A DNA stretch of 64,000 bases, from NCBI RefSeq assembly GCF_009914755.1, contig NC_060942.1, one strand, 5' to 3'. This document shows, one piece after another, positions 27,110 to 42,028 of the stretch (within the stretch, counting starts at the first letter, position 1; every line of letters begins with the position of its first letter). The stretch comes from the human T2T-CHM13v2.0 reference genome, Homo sapiens. The position numbers and the translations under genes were made by a program. The notes beneath the pieces are model-generated. The model saw only the letters and a program-made list of their open reading frames with translations, searched no databases and was not told the DNA's origin.

Positions 27110-28800
27110 GCATTTTGTCCACTCAGTATATGTTTATTGTTCCTAGTAGATACCAAGTACTCAACTAGGTCTAAGGAAATCATTGACAAATAAAAGCAGA
27201 TAAATTACATTCTAACACTGTATTTTGAAGTTAAATATGTAATGTTTCTAAGATGAAAAATACTATGAAGTAAGACAAGGAGATACAAAATGATGAGGAG
27301 TGTTACTTACATGAAGTTGCCATGAAAGACTTCTTTGATAAACTGATATTTGAGGATAGACCTGAAAGAAGTGAAGGAAAAATAATAAGGATATAAGAAA
27401 AAAGGTTTCTGAGTAGAGAGAAAAAGTACAAAGGCCCTAAACCACAACATACTTGGCATGTTCTAGATACAGCAAGGGAGCCAGTGTGGTCAGAGCTGAG
27501 GGATGGAGGATGATAACAGATGATCATGCTCTGAGAGGCATAGAGAAGCAAGACCATAGAAGGCCTTTGGGCCATGGTAAGAATTTGGGGTTTACTGTCA
27601 TATGAAAAGGCATTGGGGATTTTGAACAGAGAAATGATATGTTCTCACATATGTTTAAAAGTATCACTCTGGCCCTTATGTGAGAAAAGACCAAAGGGGA
27701 CAAAGATGGAAGTAGAGAGACAAGATAGCAGGCATTGCAATGGTATAAATGGGATAATAACTTGGCTTCGTTTAGCAAAGTAGCAGCGAGGTGGGTTAAA
27801 AGTTGTCTTGTTTGGTATGAGATGTGAGCAAATTAAAAATCAGGAAGACTACACAGCAGGTTGGGCAGGTTAAATTTGAGGCAGAGCTCACACTTAAACA
27901 TGTCATTGGCCTACTAGACATCCAAGTGAAATATTAAGCAGATAATTGCACAAATATGTCTGGAGTTTGGGAATAAAGTTGAGGCCAGAGTTATAAATAT
28001 GGGAATCATGAACTTACATAGGGGATTTATTCCGATGGGAATGGATGAAATTAACAAAAAAGTGAGAGTAGGAAGAGAAGACTTGGAGGCTTGAACCCTC
28101 AGGCGTTCAAATATTTGGAATCTGGAAGATAAGGTGGAACCAGTAGAGAATGTTGGGAAGGAAAGAGGGGAATCAAAAGAAAACAGTAGTTCAGAATCAA
28201 AGTGAAGAAAGTGTTTCAAAAATGGAGACACTGGCTTTGTTGGGCAATGCTAATACAGTACTATGAGAACCAAAATAATTTTGAACTTACAACATAAAAA
28301 TTGTACTTGATGTTGACAGAAGTTTTGGTGAATTGTTGGAAATGAAAAACTGATTAGAGTGAAATCGAGAGAGAATTGGAGTAGAGGCGATAAGACATCT
28401 TGAATACAGGAACTTCTTTGAGCACTGCTGAAAGGGGAATACAAAATGGAGTGCTACCTCTTGAGGAAGAAGGAACAAAGTCTCCTTTTTTAAAAAACTG
28501 AGGTATTTTAACATGATTATATGGGGAAGGAAATTATCCAGTAGAAAGAGAATAATTTTTGACAGGTGAGAGAAGGGATGCTTGTGAGAGTGTTATCACT
28601 GGGTAGCCAAGAATGGAGGTACGTATGTTCCCAGCAAAGGGACTGAGTAGTGAATGTAAAGTTCAATTCAACCAGAAAGATGGTAAGCTATGCACACAAA
28701 TGGAAGCAGGTGGATAGATACGGTGATGGAAGAGTAGCTTCTTACTCAATTTTTCCAGGGAGTGAGAAGCAAGATAATCAGCTAAGATTGAAGAGCAAAG
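27110..28800 (-). mobile_element. Long L2 fragment
   Basis: Purine-rich antisense L2 motifs (acttggcatgttc, ggccatggtaagaatttggg, tagacatccaagtg, ggaatggatgaaat). Confidence 0.8.
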
Positions 28801-28959
28801 AGAAATTGGAAGTTTGATAGCACCTGGTCAGTATTCGAGGGGTGGTATGTGAAAGAGGATTGAGTTTTGTTCTCAAGACCAGTTATGTAGAGCACACAAG
28901 AACTCGAGCCATGAAACTGGCATACTTTTATAAACAACAGAAACAATGTATTCACTTTT

Positions 28960-30300
28960 TTTCACTCATGGATTCACCACTTATTTCTTAATGCACATTT
29001 ATTGAGACCCTGTGGTCGATCCTAGAAAAATTACAACTCTAAGTCATAGTCACCAAGATCATAGAGGAGCCTATAATCTAGTAGGGGAGACAGACGAGGA
29101 AAAAAATTACCCTTCTCTTCATTTATGTAGGATACATGTCATCTTTTCCGTGACCATCCTTACTAGATATCTTGAGACATTATCCACTTCAAATATTCTG
29201 TTTCGTTCTACTAATAAGCACTGTCAATTGTAATGCTACATGTTTCTATTCTTGCTTCAGAAAATGTGATGCCCATCACAATTACTGGGGCATGTTCAAA
29301 ATGCTAAGAAAACATAGAATAAGGAATGATTCATTCTAGCTAGAGAGTAGAGATTCATTTAAGCAAAGTCTTGAAGGGTGAGTTAAAAAGACAACTGCAT
29401 GCCGTATACCAGAAATGCATGCCCTATACCAGATACCAGATACCATATACCAGAAAGAAAATGTGTAAAATCCTAGAGGCATGAATCTGGACAGATGCGC
29501 TGAGAATAACTTGCTAATGGAGACTCTTCAAATAAGTTGAAATCATTCACTGCATTGTTTTTGCTTTTGTTTTTAAGCAGAAAAAAAAAATAGCATAGTT
29601 GGATGTTGTCTTGGGTAGACCAGTTAGGTGGCCACATGGGAGGCAGATGGAAGACAAGACCAGGAAGGTGTCAGATGTTAATAATTAAAAGGCTGATGAG
29701 GACCTGCCCTGGGACAAGGACAGTGGTGGTACAAGGAACGAATAGATTAAAGATACATTTTTTTCGAGAGCACAGTTGACAAGCCTTGCTGAAAGACCTG
29801 TTGAGGGGGATAAAGGAGCACAGGGCATCCAAAGACTTCCCAATGTTTTCTACATTTCCAGACTGGGTGGGAAGTGATAGAGCTAACTGAAATAGGAATT
29901 ACAGGAGATATGATAAGTCTCTTTTCTGTTTGGTGTTTTTTTTTTTTTAGAGATAATGAGATTTGAATTTTGGCATTATGTTTGATTTGTAGATACCTAT
30001 TGGACCATGGAAATAAGAACAATGCTTAGGAGACAAGCAATGGAAATTATCACTGGGTAAGTGCTAATTAAAACCTTAGAGGATAATGAACTCATTGAGC
30101 ATTTATTTCTGCAATGAGACAAGAAGAAGACTGAAGGTTGACTTGGAGAGGGAATACTAGTATAATTAAGAGGCAAGTCAAGATGAGCCTGTGAAAGAAG
30201 GACAAGATCAACTTGTCAAATTCTCCATGGAAGCCGGAAGCCAGGCTTCAACTCAAGCCTGAAGCCACGTGTCAAACAATGGTGACTTTAGGGGGCACGG
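28960..30300 (-). mobile_element. L2 fragments
   Basis: catttattgag...ataatctagtaggggagacagac and further degenerate L2 segments. Confidence 0.55.
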
Positions 30301-30672
30301 CCTCAGTTGGCACCATGCATGAAAGAGAACGGAGACTTAACAACAAGGGTGAGGACGATGCATGTGTAAAAATAAAAGGGGAGTAAAAAGCATTATGCAT
30401 CCCAAGTTATAGGAATAATGCTTAGAAGTATCAGTCCAAGGTAGGGAAGGAAATGGATGAGGCTAGAGAGACTTTATACTCGAATTCAAATATAGTTATT
30501 TGAATTCCTGCTCAGATCTAGCTTATATATCACAATAGCTGTTCCACTCACAGGGAAATAAGATGATGGGAGAGGAGGTGGTAGAATGAAGGCCAGTGAT
30601 ATGTCACTTAAAAGATTTTGGTCACTTTGTTAAGGATGATATGTTCTAAAATGTAAAATGTATCCTATCACC

Positions 30673-31558
30673 ATATGAACAGACACTTCTCAAAAGAAGA
30701 CATTCATGCAGCCAACACCATATGAAAAAAAGCTCATCATTACTGGTCATTAGGGAAATACAAATCAAAACCACAATAAGATACCATCTCACACCAGTTA
30801 GAGTGGCGATTATTGAAGTCAGGAGACAACAAATGCTGGTGAGGATGTGGAGAAATAGGAATGCTTTTACACTGCTGGTGGGAGTGTAAATTAATTCAAC
30901 CATTATGGAAGACAGTGTGGCAATTCCTCAAAAATCTAGAACCAGGAATACCATTTGACCCAGCAATCCCATTACTGGGTATATACCCAAAGGATTATAA
31001 ATCATTCTACTATAAAGACACATGCACACGTATGTTTATTGCAGCACTATTTACAATAGCACAGTCTTGGAAGCAACCCAAATGCCCATCAATGATAGGC
31101 TGGATAAAGAAAATGTGGCACATGTAAGTTGAGAGCCACAGAGAAATATTGACTAACAGAACAAAATTTTTAAATGTCTGGAATACTGTGCAGCCATAAA
31201 AAAGGATGAGTTCATGTCATTTGCAGGGACATGGATGAAGCTGGAAGCCATCACTCTCAGCAAACTAACACAGGAACAGAAAACCTAACATTGCCTGTTT
31301 TCACTCATAAGTGAGAGTTGAACAATGAGAACACATGGACACAGGGCGGGGAACATCACACACCTAGGCCTTTCGGGGGATGGGGGGCAAGGCAAGGGAG
31401 AGCATTAGGCCGAATACCTAATGCGTGTGGGGCTTAAAACCTAGAAGATGGGTTGGTAGGTGCAGCAAACCACTATGGCACATGTATACCTATGTAACAA
31501 ACCTGCATATTCTGCACATGTATCCCAGAACTTAAAGTAAAATAATAATTTTAAAAAA
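30673..31558 (+). mobile_element. 5'-truncated L1PA (ORF2 C-terminus plus 3'UTR)
   Basis: ORF 30861-31127 encodes the L1 ORF2 C-terminal HCWWECKL..QPLWKTVW motif; 13-bp TSD gtatcctatcacc. Confidence 0.95.
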
Positions 31559-31943
31559 GTATCCTATCACCCTTAACCATGCTTCCTCTGAAAACCTAGC
31601 AAACAAATAAACCCCAAATATACAGCTTTACCTAAATCCCTGTGCTTCGTGTTGGTATAAGAAAAGAAGACAACAAGTACAAGAAGGAATATTGCTACTC
31701 CTCAATTTCTCTTTCTAAATTGTTCTCTACAAAAGGCCGTATGCACAACTTTTAGGAATAAACCATTTTGAATATAATCATTTAAGCTCACTGCATTGCT
31801 TTCTTCTTCAAACTGCACATTTTTAAAAAGAAAAAAAGAATAATTTTGTTGTAGCACTTTTCCATATAAGTGATTTTTTACTGCACTATTTTATTCAACC
31901 TCCCAATAATCCTATGGAATTGATATTATTATCACCATTATTA

Positions 31944-32269
<326 letters not shown>

Positions 32270-33187
32270 GCCTCAGAACAGGGTAACACATTTATCTTCA
32301 GGTCATTTGGTTAGGAAAAGGCAGGGCCAGGGTCAGTAGAATCCAGGTGATCTCACTTCTATGCTCTTGCAGTATATTAATTTGCTTGTTCAACAAAGGA
32401 TGCCTGGACCCACAGAGGCTTTCTTTAATTCCACAAGAAGCAAATTGCTGTATTAAGTGAGCTATTTCCCCTAAATGTGACAAATCAAAGTTGAGAAAGA
32501 CCGTGCCATTTGGTATGGTTTAGTATTCAAAATTTAAATAAAATAAGAAGCTTTTATTATTTTGTATTATAAAGTATATAATAAATACACAATAAAAGCA
32601 TTGAAAAAGAAAATAAAGTAGCATTTTAAATAGTATACGAAATTCCCTCTGAAATTCTACTACTCAAGTGGCTGTGTACTGCTAGCAATGAATGTAATAA
32701 AGTTTTAAATAGTTGGACACTGGTAAAATGCATGAAAGGAATGTATGAAAGATTTTAAGGGTTTTATGACCATTTAACAGGTTCCTGGAGAAAACTATTA
32801 AATAATTAGTTGAGAGCTACAGAGGAACATTGACTAATAGAACAAAATTTTTAAACGTCTGCAGATTATATATTCAAGATAAAGTACATTGCACTGTTTT
32901 TCATAAAATATTTACGGGATGTTTTAGGAGTATTTTGACAAGATTTTAGCATTTTAACTTTTATGCAGACTTAGAACATAACATTTGGGAAAAGTTGTAT
33001 ACTGTTAACATTTTCAAACCAGAGTTTTAAAAATTGGGATTGAAGGAAACATGGAATGCTGAAGACATTGTATGATTTGTGAGAGAATAGTTATGTGGAA
33101 AAAGTGACAAACATGATATACAAATCCCACAAAACTCCTCTTGCAGAGTACTTGTGTCAAATAGCTCATTGTTAAGGAGAGAGATTC

Positions 33188-33331
33188 TTTTTTTAACTTT
33201 AAGCTCTGGGATACGTGAGCAGAATGCACAGGTTTGTTATGTAGATATACATCTGCCATGGTGGTTTGCTGCACCTATCAACCTGTCATCTAGGTTTTAA
33301 GCCCCACATGCATTAGGTATTTGTCCTAATG
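33188..33331 (-). mobile_element. Very short L1PA 3' end
   Basis: Antisense L1PA 3'UTR; TSD aaggagagagattc / aaggagagggactc. Confidence 0.9.
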
Positions 33332-33537
33332 AAGGAGAGGGACTCTTATATGACCTCCTTCCTGGTTACTTTTCTTCTTAGCAGCAGGAACTCAAATCTG
33401 CTTTCCACTTTATTTCCACTGTATGAACCACATTTGCTGTCAATGCAAATATCTATGTCCTATTGGTTGTTGCTGGATTAAACTTTGTTTCTGTAAAGCT
33501 ACTGAAGGGGACGAAAAAAAATTTTTTCTGTCCACCC

Positions 33538-34260
33538 TGTTAAAATAAAAACCTTCGCCAAATTAAACAAAGTTGAGTTAAGCAAAGAATGATTCGCAAA
33601 TCAGGTAGCCTCCGAAGCCAGAGTAGGCCCAGAGACTCCAGCGCAGCCAGGTAGTGGAAGAAGATTTATGGACAGAAAAAGGGAAGTGATCTGTAGAAAA
33701 AAGAAGTGAGGTACAGAAACAGAGAATTGTGACAGCTTGGCATCTGCCTTATTTGAACATGGTTTGAAAGGTTGGCTGCCTTCGACTGGACAAAACTCAG
33801 TGACTGGCACGAAAGTAGGCTATAGTCTGTTTACCACTCCATTAGAGTTATAGTTCACCATGTACAGAGAAACCTTATGGCCAAACTTAAAACATGTAAG
33901 TGAGACAGCCAAGTAAAAAGAGGTCCCTGGAGAACTTCCGACCGGCCTGGGCGCTGGGAAGACAGCGCGCTGTGGTGGAGCCTCAGGATGTTCATGCCTT
34001 TTGCAGTGGTGAGGAGCCTGGCCTCTCCTGCTCAAGGGTGGGAACCTGGGATTCAATCTGTGAGATGAGGGCCTGCAAACAGGAACCTCTCACTTTGTTG
34101 AGTTTTTTTTTCCTTTTCACCCAATAAATTCCATTTTTCCCACCCTTCTATGTGTCCGCGAGCCTAATCTTTCCTGGTAGTGTGAACCCCGTTTTTAGCT
34201 GAACTAAGGAGAAAGTCCTACAACATAAGGAAGCAGCTTTAGGCTAAACTTGATTTAACA
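33538..34260 (-). mobile_element. MER57-family ERV1 solo LTR (middle element)
   Basis: Antisense TGTTAAATCAAGTTTAGCCTAAAGCTGC; TSD ACCC. Confidence 0.8.
33901..34225 (+). mobile_element. MER61-family ERV1 solo LTR (inner element)
   Basis: TGAGACAGCCAAGT...GTCCTACAACA; TSD TAAG. Confidence 0.8.
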
Positions 34261-37200
34261 ACCCTCATGAGTTCTTAGCGGAAAGAGAGCTCTGCCATAA
34301 AAGAGAGATTAACAGGAGAAAAACATCCAGGAGTTTATTAATATGTTTATTTCATATATACGTGAAAGATACCCAGGGAATGAGTAATTCTCAAAGAGGT
34401 GGCTTTGAATTCCAGCTTATATAACATCTTTGACAAAGAACAGTAAATTTTTAGAGAAGTGATAGGACAAAGAAAAAGGAATTCAAGTCTCTGGGGGCAG
34501 CAGATTGCGGGAAAGCAAATAAATGGCAGATAAAGGCTAGTGAGGAAAGGTTGTTAAGGAAGATTACTTTGGTGCCATCTCCAGGCTGACAAGCGTCTAA
34601 AGCTGTTTCAGTGGTTAACCTTTGTTCCCGCTGGTAGAGAGGGGAGGCAGGATGCCTTTTCTCTTTGTAAATTTATGTCCTGCTTTTAGGCAAATAGAGG
34701 GAGAATGGAGAGGTTTCCTGCGCCTGCCTCTTCTCAGTTGCCTTCAGATCAAAACAATCATTATGCCAAAGAGGCATATATTGGGGTGGCATATTCTAGT
34801 CTCCCATACTACCATTTTCTTTATACCAGGGGTTACAACTTGGGCCGGCTTTTGAAAATATTTGGAAAACTGTGTATTTATTTCATATGTACATTTCACT
34901 TGGGGAATTTTTCCATATATGGAAAGGGATTGTTTTAGTCTCAAGCTACTTTGCATATATGGAAAAGTAATTAAGGTATTTGTTGATGTTGGTGGTGTTG
35001 TTTTCCTTACTGGATATCTAATTACTATTTCCATAGGGTGAAACAAAGTAGCTCTGAACTTTACCACAATAAAGCACCTCTGAAAGTCCAAACTTTATCC
35101 TTGCACTATTTTCATTGGCTAAAATGGTGGCCAAGGGCAATCCAGACTGAGAACTTTTGTCAGCCACAGTACTGAAACCATGATACTTGGATAAATGACA
35201 TGTTAAGCCATGCTTGGCCATTATACTTCCTGCCAAGAGTTGTGACAAATCATAGACTTCAAAAACGCCATCATGGGGGAAAAATGAGTTCTTTAGGAAA
35301 GAACAGTATTTGTCTTCCTCAAGTATAACTCATCATTAAGAATAAGTGTCTGGAAAAGAAAACAGTTCTTGAACTGACATTGTAACTTTGCCCCTTTTAT
35401 TAACATCAGAACAGAATTATTCTTAAGGAAAATCTGCATGCTCTTATTAGTTCTCTTGATCACTGCCAATCTATAATTAGTGAAGTAGCAACTTGTATAA
35501 AAGATTTTAGAAATGCATAATGCAAACAGGAGAAAATCATGGCTCTTGAAAGGTAATCAATGTCTTCAAAAAATTTAAGATACATTTATAAGTTACGTTA
35601 GCCAAGAACATTTATATATTATCTATAAAAAGTCCTTAAGTAGATGTGAATAAAAGGAGAAAATGGAAATATTTAGCTTACTTGTTAAAATATTCTACAC
35701 CAAAGATGTTGATTATCAAGCAAGTTTTAAATAATAATTGTACTTATTATCTGAGGCTATATCTCATCTGATTATGTGTTTTTCCAACAAAAACAAAATC
35801 AAAGCAAAGCAAAAACAAAGCAAACCATAGCCAACATATTACAAACTATTAAATGGAATGCTTGCCTACTTTATGACATTGACTCAGATGTTTTCTCAAT
35901 TCTAGCTGGAAATCACCTTGTATCTCTCAAATGAAGGACTTGCTATCTAATGTTAACTTTTTTTAATGGCACTATTTTGCTTCTTTAACAATAAGATCAG
36001 GTAAAAATTGACATGTAGAGCACTTAGCCTTTAGATGAGTTTTTTTTTTTTTCTGGAACAATCAATTTCATTTTACATATATTACCTCATTGACCTTTAA
36101 CATTGTTCAAGGATGGTGTTATCTACATTTTGCAGATAAACCAAGAGAAAACAAAACAAAACAAAACACCCTCAATCCGTCTTAAGATTCAACTGTTACT
36201 GTATGTCTGTTATGTGTTAATAGCTTGAGAAAAAAAATTGAAATTTGCACCCCTTAAATCCCTAAAGGGATTATTCTGTATTGGCTGCTGCGTGAGATAG
36301 TAAGACCCATTCATCAGTTCCCATTTGTTGTTCTAATTTTGTTGTCCTCAGAGTGCCACATGTAAACAGCATCGGCTATGGTTTACTTGAAAGTAAAACT
36401 CAAGGTAACTTTGGTCTTTTGACTGGGTATGCAGAACTTCACGCTGAAAGGAAAGTGTGGTTGATTGATAAAACCTCTAGATGTTTCATTTTTTTGTAAA
36501 AGCTAATCTTTAGATAGATTTCTCAGTGAAGGTAACAGCTTGCCTTGACAACTTGGTGAACATAGTATTTTCATTTCACACAAAATATATGGCAGGCATT
36601 AATTTTCAGTGTCAGATCAATTCATTGACCACAACTATCAAGAGCACAAAGAGACTGGACAATTAATTCCTTTTTGACATGAAATTACTATATATTAGAA
36701 CTGCAGCCTTCAATCTTTCTCCAACCAAATGTCTAATACTGTGCTTTCTGAGGTCATTGAAAGCACAATGCATAAAACCTTTGACCAAAACTCTTTTCAT
36801 GTTTCTATACTTGTTTGCTGACTGTTTTGTATCAAATCATTGTTTTCCTTTAAATTGCTCTCCCATCTTTCCCAAAGTGTTATTTCTAGAGTAGAAACAT
36901 CAGAAAAGCATGAATTTAAGATTCCTCAACCCCTCCTCTGTAATTAGGTAGATTTTTCTTTTACATGAGTGTCTGCATTACTTGTACACAATATCTAAAC
37001 TGATTTTATACACATACACACACACCACATAATCTTGACATATATAAATTCTTGAAATGTATGTATGGGTGTGTGGGGTGTATGTATATATATATAAATT
37101 TGGTTTTGGCTGGTTCCTGTCAGAAGTGGTCAGCCTCCTAGGGCTTGGAGTTTGGCATCCTAAAGCTTATCCCTAGGATGAATTTGACCTCTGAGAATTC

Positions 37201-37554
37201 AGCTTTAACATATCAAAGCTATTTTATTTCAGAGGTGTCACCAAAGAGTAAGATGAGGCTATTGAATGGCCTTTACCACACCACCCACCTCTATATATCT
37301 AGCTTAATGCCTGCCATGCAGTGGCCATTCAATGAGTACTTGTTCAGTGAATGAATGAGTTCCTTTTAAAGACATTGTGGTAATGTCTAATTTACATGAA
37401 TTGATTTCAGCAAGTTGAGAGCAGATCGTATTTGTCAATGTTAGTCATGTTCATTTCCAGTTAACAAAGGTAGTTTTTATATGTCCCTGGGAGTGTTGAG
37501 GAAGCAGGCACTCTATGCTGTGGGATCTGGATGGCATGAAGGATGAAGAAGGCA

Positions 37555-37780
37555 TACGTGAGAGGCAGCCTGGCATAGGGGTTAAGAATGTGGGCGCCAG
37601 AGTGAAAGTGCCTGGGTTTGAATATTGATTCTGCTCAGGACTAGCTCTGGGACTTTGGACAAATTATTTACACTCTCTGTTTAATGGAGATAATAATAAT
37701 AGTATCAACTTCGTAGGCTTAAAGTGAGACCGTCAGGTGAGTTATAGCAACTAAAACAGTTCCTGACACAAAGTAAGTTT
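37555..37780 (+). mobile_element. MIR SINE
   Basis: ggttaagaatgtgggc...ctgggtttgaat...aatggagataataataatagta. Confidence 0.8.
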
Positions 37781-40700
37781 GTGAACCAGGAAAGGCAACG
37801 AGAGTATTTCTATTGTTGATCTCCAGTTACAAAAACGTCACTTCTTCATTAAATTTTACTTTTAAAAAATAAGCTCCTCTTTTCTCTCCCAGCTCATTGG
37901 GCTTAAATGCAAATATTGAAATAAATCAAAATATTTTCAAGCATATTTAGCCTCCTATCTTATGCTTAGTGGTAAATGCAGATCAGTTTCCCACTATTAC
38001 AAACCCTTCTCCTGGGAAATCCTCCTCATGACCCAGCCAGATGTCCGCACACAGGAGTACTCAAATGCCTGGTGGAAATCCTGAAGTCTCTCCAATCACA
38101 ATCATACTAATAATAGCAAGATTCTCTGAATGCTTATCAGGTGGCAGACACTGTGCTAAATGCTTTGTATGCATGACACCACTGCATGCCCTGTCCAAGA
38201 CTGAGGAGTGTAGCCTCATAGAACCCAGTGAAGTCCTGCAGTCCTGGGCCACCTGACCACTCTGTCTGTAGCAAAAAGTCTGGAGGGTAGGGAGGTAAAC
38301 TAGCTTCAAAGAGCCCACATGAAGCATTCCAGGTTATGCTCCGTTTCCCGCGGGTCCCATGAGTTCCGATGTAGGCCTCTCATTGGAGCTCTTTGGCCCT
38401 CAGTGCCCAGGAATTCTTCCCTCTGAATCCCAACGTTCTTAAACTCACATTGAGCCTTCTTTTCTGAACTAACCTTCAGCCTCAGTTATCTGAATGATAT
38501 TTCAACCACCCTTGGTCAGAGTTCATTAGCCACTGAGGTTCTAGAATTATCTCCTAGAATAAAAGATACTGCTCATGGCCCATGATTAGGGAAATTACTG
38601 ATCCATATAGAGAGCATCTGGGCTAGAATTCAAATTCAGAATATTTAACTCAAACTGGTAGGTTTTGAGTAGCCTTGTACAGGTCTCTCAAAAACTATCT
38701 TCCTTATTGCCTATCTGCCACAGTGCCAAAAATGTTACCATTTAAAATTTAATCCCTTGAGTCTTAAAGGTGTTCTATCTTTTCTACTTAAAAGACAAGA
38801 GTTTCAAGAAAATTTGCAGATTTCCCATACTATCTGCATGATCTTCAGTATCATTTATGTAGATCACCAATTATGTAAGCATGAGACTCTAGTACCTTAT
38901 TACATTTCATCTCTTGTGTTTAATCCTCAAATTAAATCTGCAGATCACACTTGCTGTAACAATCTCAAGATGAAGAAACAAAGGTTTAAAAAGGTCACAT
39001 AGCTTTGGGGCAGTTAAGAAATAGATTTGAGTGATCCAAGGCATTCATTGCATTTCCATATTGCCTGCTCAAATTTGGTTGACTAAATTTCTGATTTTAA
39101 ATTAAAAGTTTAAATTTACCCAAATAACTTTCATACTCACTTTTTCTCTCTCTACTTAGTTTTAATTCTGTACAAACATGGACCCTGCTCACCAGTAATT
39201 TCAAAGACTTTTTAAATGTCAGGAGTTGAGCTGAGATTTCATGACTCTCCAGTCTCTCTACAGGTCATTAGTCCAAAATACTTTTCAGGCCAACCCATAG
39301 CCCCCAGTGACTCCAAATGCCAGTTAAACAGATGCCCACCCTTGGTAATATCTGCTTAAAACCCAAAGAGTAAATCTTGTAAGTAGCTCTACAGATTTGA
39401 CTATTGAAAGACTAATGGGTCCATGTAAAATAATCTTCTTCCAACTTCTGGGCTTACGAAAGCCCTAAAAACAAATTAACTTTAATGTTTTTCCAAGGTT
39501 TGTTAACCTTGCTTGCTCAACAGCTGCTCTGCTTTCATAATGAAAGAGAAACGAAGCTGTAATGGCCCTAAGGTTGCCAAAATTTGGGGGTGAACAAGCA
39601 TTCTGTGCTCTTCAGAACATTCTCTCTCCATGAAGTATGATTGTCAGATTCCAAAAGTCTCAGGACATTTACATCTCAGCAGTGATGTATGCCATAGATA
39701 TACAGCAAATAGGGCTGCAGTGAAATTTAATGTTCACTTTTGATGCTCCAGTTCTTATTAGAAAAGGTCACTGACTGTCCTACTCAGATGATTAATGCAG
39801 ACTGTTGCCTCTTTATGGGATATTTCTCCAATATGTGCTGCCTAAGTGACTGTTTGTTCCTCATTTCAGACTCTACCAGTGTTTAATACTCAACATGAAT
39901 TTAGATTGGTGGAAAAAATGCCACTTTTCAGCTGCAGGTTTTGTAGATTGCCCTGTTAAAAGGAAGCTTAAATCACAGGGTCCAAAGAAAGGTTGAAGCC
40001 CATTTTCATAAAATTTACTCCAGCAGTTTTCTTAAATTTATGCTGATAGAGTGATTATTACAATAAACAAGCCCTTTGTCAGAGGTGCTTGGAAAATGCA
40101 AGCCAGAAGTATTTTCTTTCAGAAATTCATTAGTTAAATCCTATCAGACCAAGGTAGAGGTAATCCCTTATTTCTTATGTTACAAAAAGCAAAATTTCTT
40201 AAAATATAAATCTTCTGTACCTTACCTGCAAATGAGTTATAACATGGACACACAACACTGCTTATGATATATTTTGAGGTTAAGAAACTTGTTTCGATTT
40301 GTCACTTCTTGGGGTCAAAAATAATAACAGATTTTATATTCTCTCCCTATACCTATCCAAAGATCATTCCTTAGAGGAAGGAACTTTTCAGGATCAACCA
40401 TACCAATTTAAACGCCTGGATATCTATTGCTCTTGTGTTTGCTGTTCTTGCCTCTATTTCTGCTCTTACTTCTTATTTCCCCAAACTGGAGATTCCAGAA
40501 AGTACTAACTGCTTAAAGTCCATTTTTATATAAGTAAAAGTTATATAAAAAAAGTTACATGAATGTTACTCATGTAACATTCATGCAGCTGTGCAAATCC
40601 ATTACCAGGTTTCTACTGTTACCCTGGAAAATTTCTACAGAACCCTGGACTATAGATGGAGAAAGAATATTTTCCAGATGGAGCTGACCTGGAATAACTT

Positions 40701-42028
40701 GTCCCATCACTCAAATGGCTTTTTTCTCTGTGGCCTTTTCATTTCTCAGCCTGCTAATGGGTTTGCTGTTGAACTGCTACAAGTCTCTATGTGAGTTACA
40801 TTTCATAGCACTACCAAGTTCAATACGTATAGGCCAACTTGTTTTGGGTTCTATCACTGATGTTGCTCACAAAGAGCTGATCAAATTGTCAACAGTCAGT
40901 GTGAAAGAGTCAATTATATAGATCCTGCCCAGAGCCAGTAGAAAATGCAGGCAGTAAAATAAGATTTTCTTTTCCTTTTATAAGCCAGTCCTGTTTGCAA
41001 AGGCGTTTAATCAGTTCACTTTAAATTTCATTGCCTAAATTTGTGACTGGTCATACAGAAGAAGCAAATCTGAGGAGAAGATAAAAATAACAGGTACTAG
41101 AGAATACTTAAAATGTGTCCTTTTGTTTAAAATATGCCAGTGATGTCAAAGCCTCCCAATTATGCCTAAGATTTTAAGCATAACTTCAGAGCTGAAATGG
41201 ATATGTAAACAATTGTTTCATCTTTACTACAAAAATACCTGGCTTAAAAATGAATGTTTAGGCATCCAAATTGGAAAGAAAAAGGTAAAATTATCTTTTC
41301 TCAGATGACATTATCTTATATGTAGAAAACTCTAAAAATATCATCATAAAACCTATAAGAACTAATAAATAAATTCAGCAAAGTTATAGGCTACAAAAGC
41401 AACACACAAAATGCAACTGCATTTCTATACAGTAACAATAAAAAATCCAAAAGGAAAATTAAGAAAACAATAGCATCACTGTTTACAATAGCATCAAAAG
41501 AATAAAATACTTACGGATAAACTTAACCAAGGGGACAAAAAACTTGTACACTGTTTACTTGCTAAAATAATCATAATGTGGTACTGGCATAAACACAGAT
41601 ATAAAGACCAATGGAATAAAATAAAGAGTCTAGAAATAAACACACATATATATGGTCAAATAATTTCTAACAAGGGTACCAAGACCATTCAATAATGAAA
41701 GGACAGTCTTTTCAACAAATGGTATTGGGAAAACTGGATATCCACATACAAAAGAATGAAGTTGAACCCTTACCTTACAACATATACAAAAATGAACTCA
41801 AAATGGATCAAAGCCCTAAATGTAGAAATTAAAACTATAAGACTCTCAGAAAAAAAAAAAAAAAAAAACACTGGGGGAAAGGATTTATAACACTGGATTT
41901 GGAAATAACCTCTTAAATACAACATGAAAACATTGAAAAAGAAAATATAGATTAATATTCTGATTGCATAAGCAACTCCTAAAACTCAATAATAACGAAA
42001 AACAACCTAATTTTAAAATGAGGAAATG

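Larger units (their letters stand above)
33503..34808 (-). mobile_element. MER34-family ERV1 solo LTR (outer element of nest)
   Basis: Antisense aatatgccacccca..tatgcctctttggcataa..tgaaggcaa; TSD CTAC at 33499-33502 and 34809-34812. Confidence 0.75.

Noticed and set aside
30861-31127. ORF with protein-like Cys/Trp motifs
   Set aside because: L1 ORF2 remnant, not a host gene (likewise 58608-58790 and 53243-53434)
34705-34938. ORF containing GRLLKIF, reminiscent of myoregulin GRLLKIL
   Set aside because: Only 6 residues match, the ORF starts inside an LTR, and the surrounding residues do not fit
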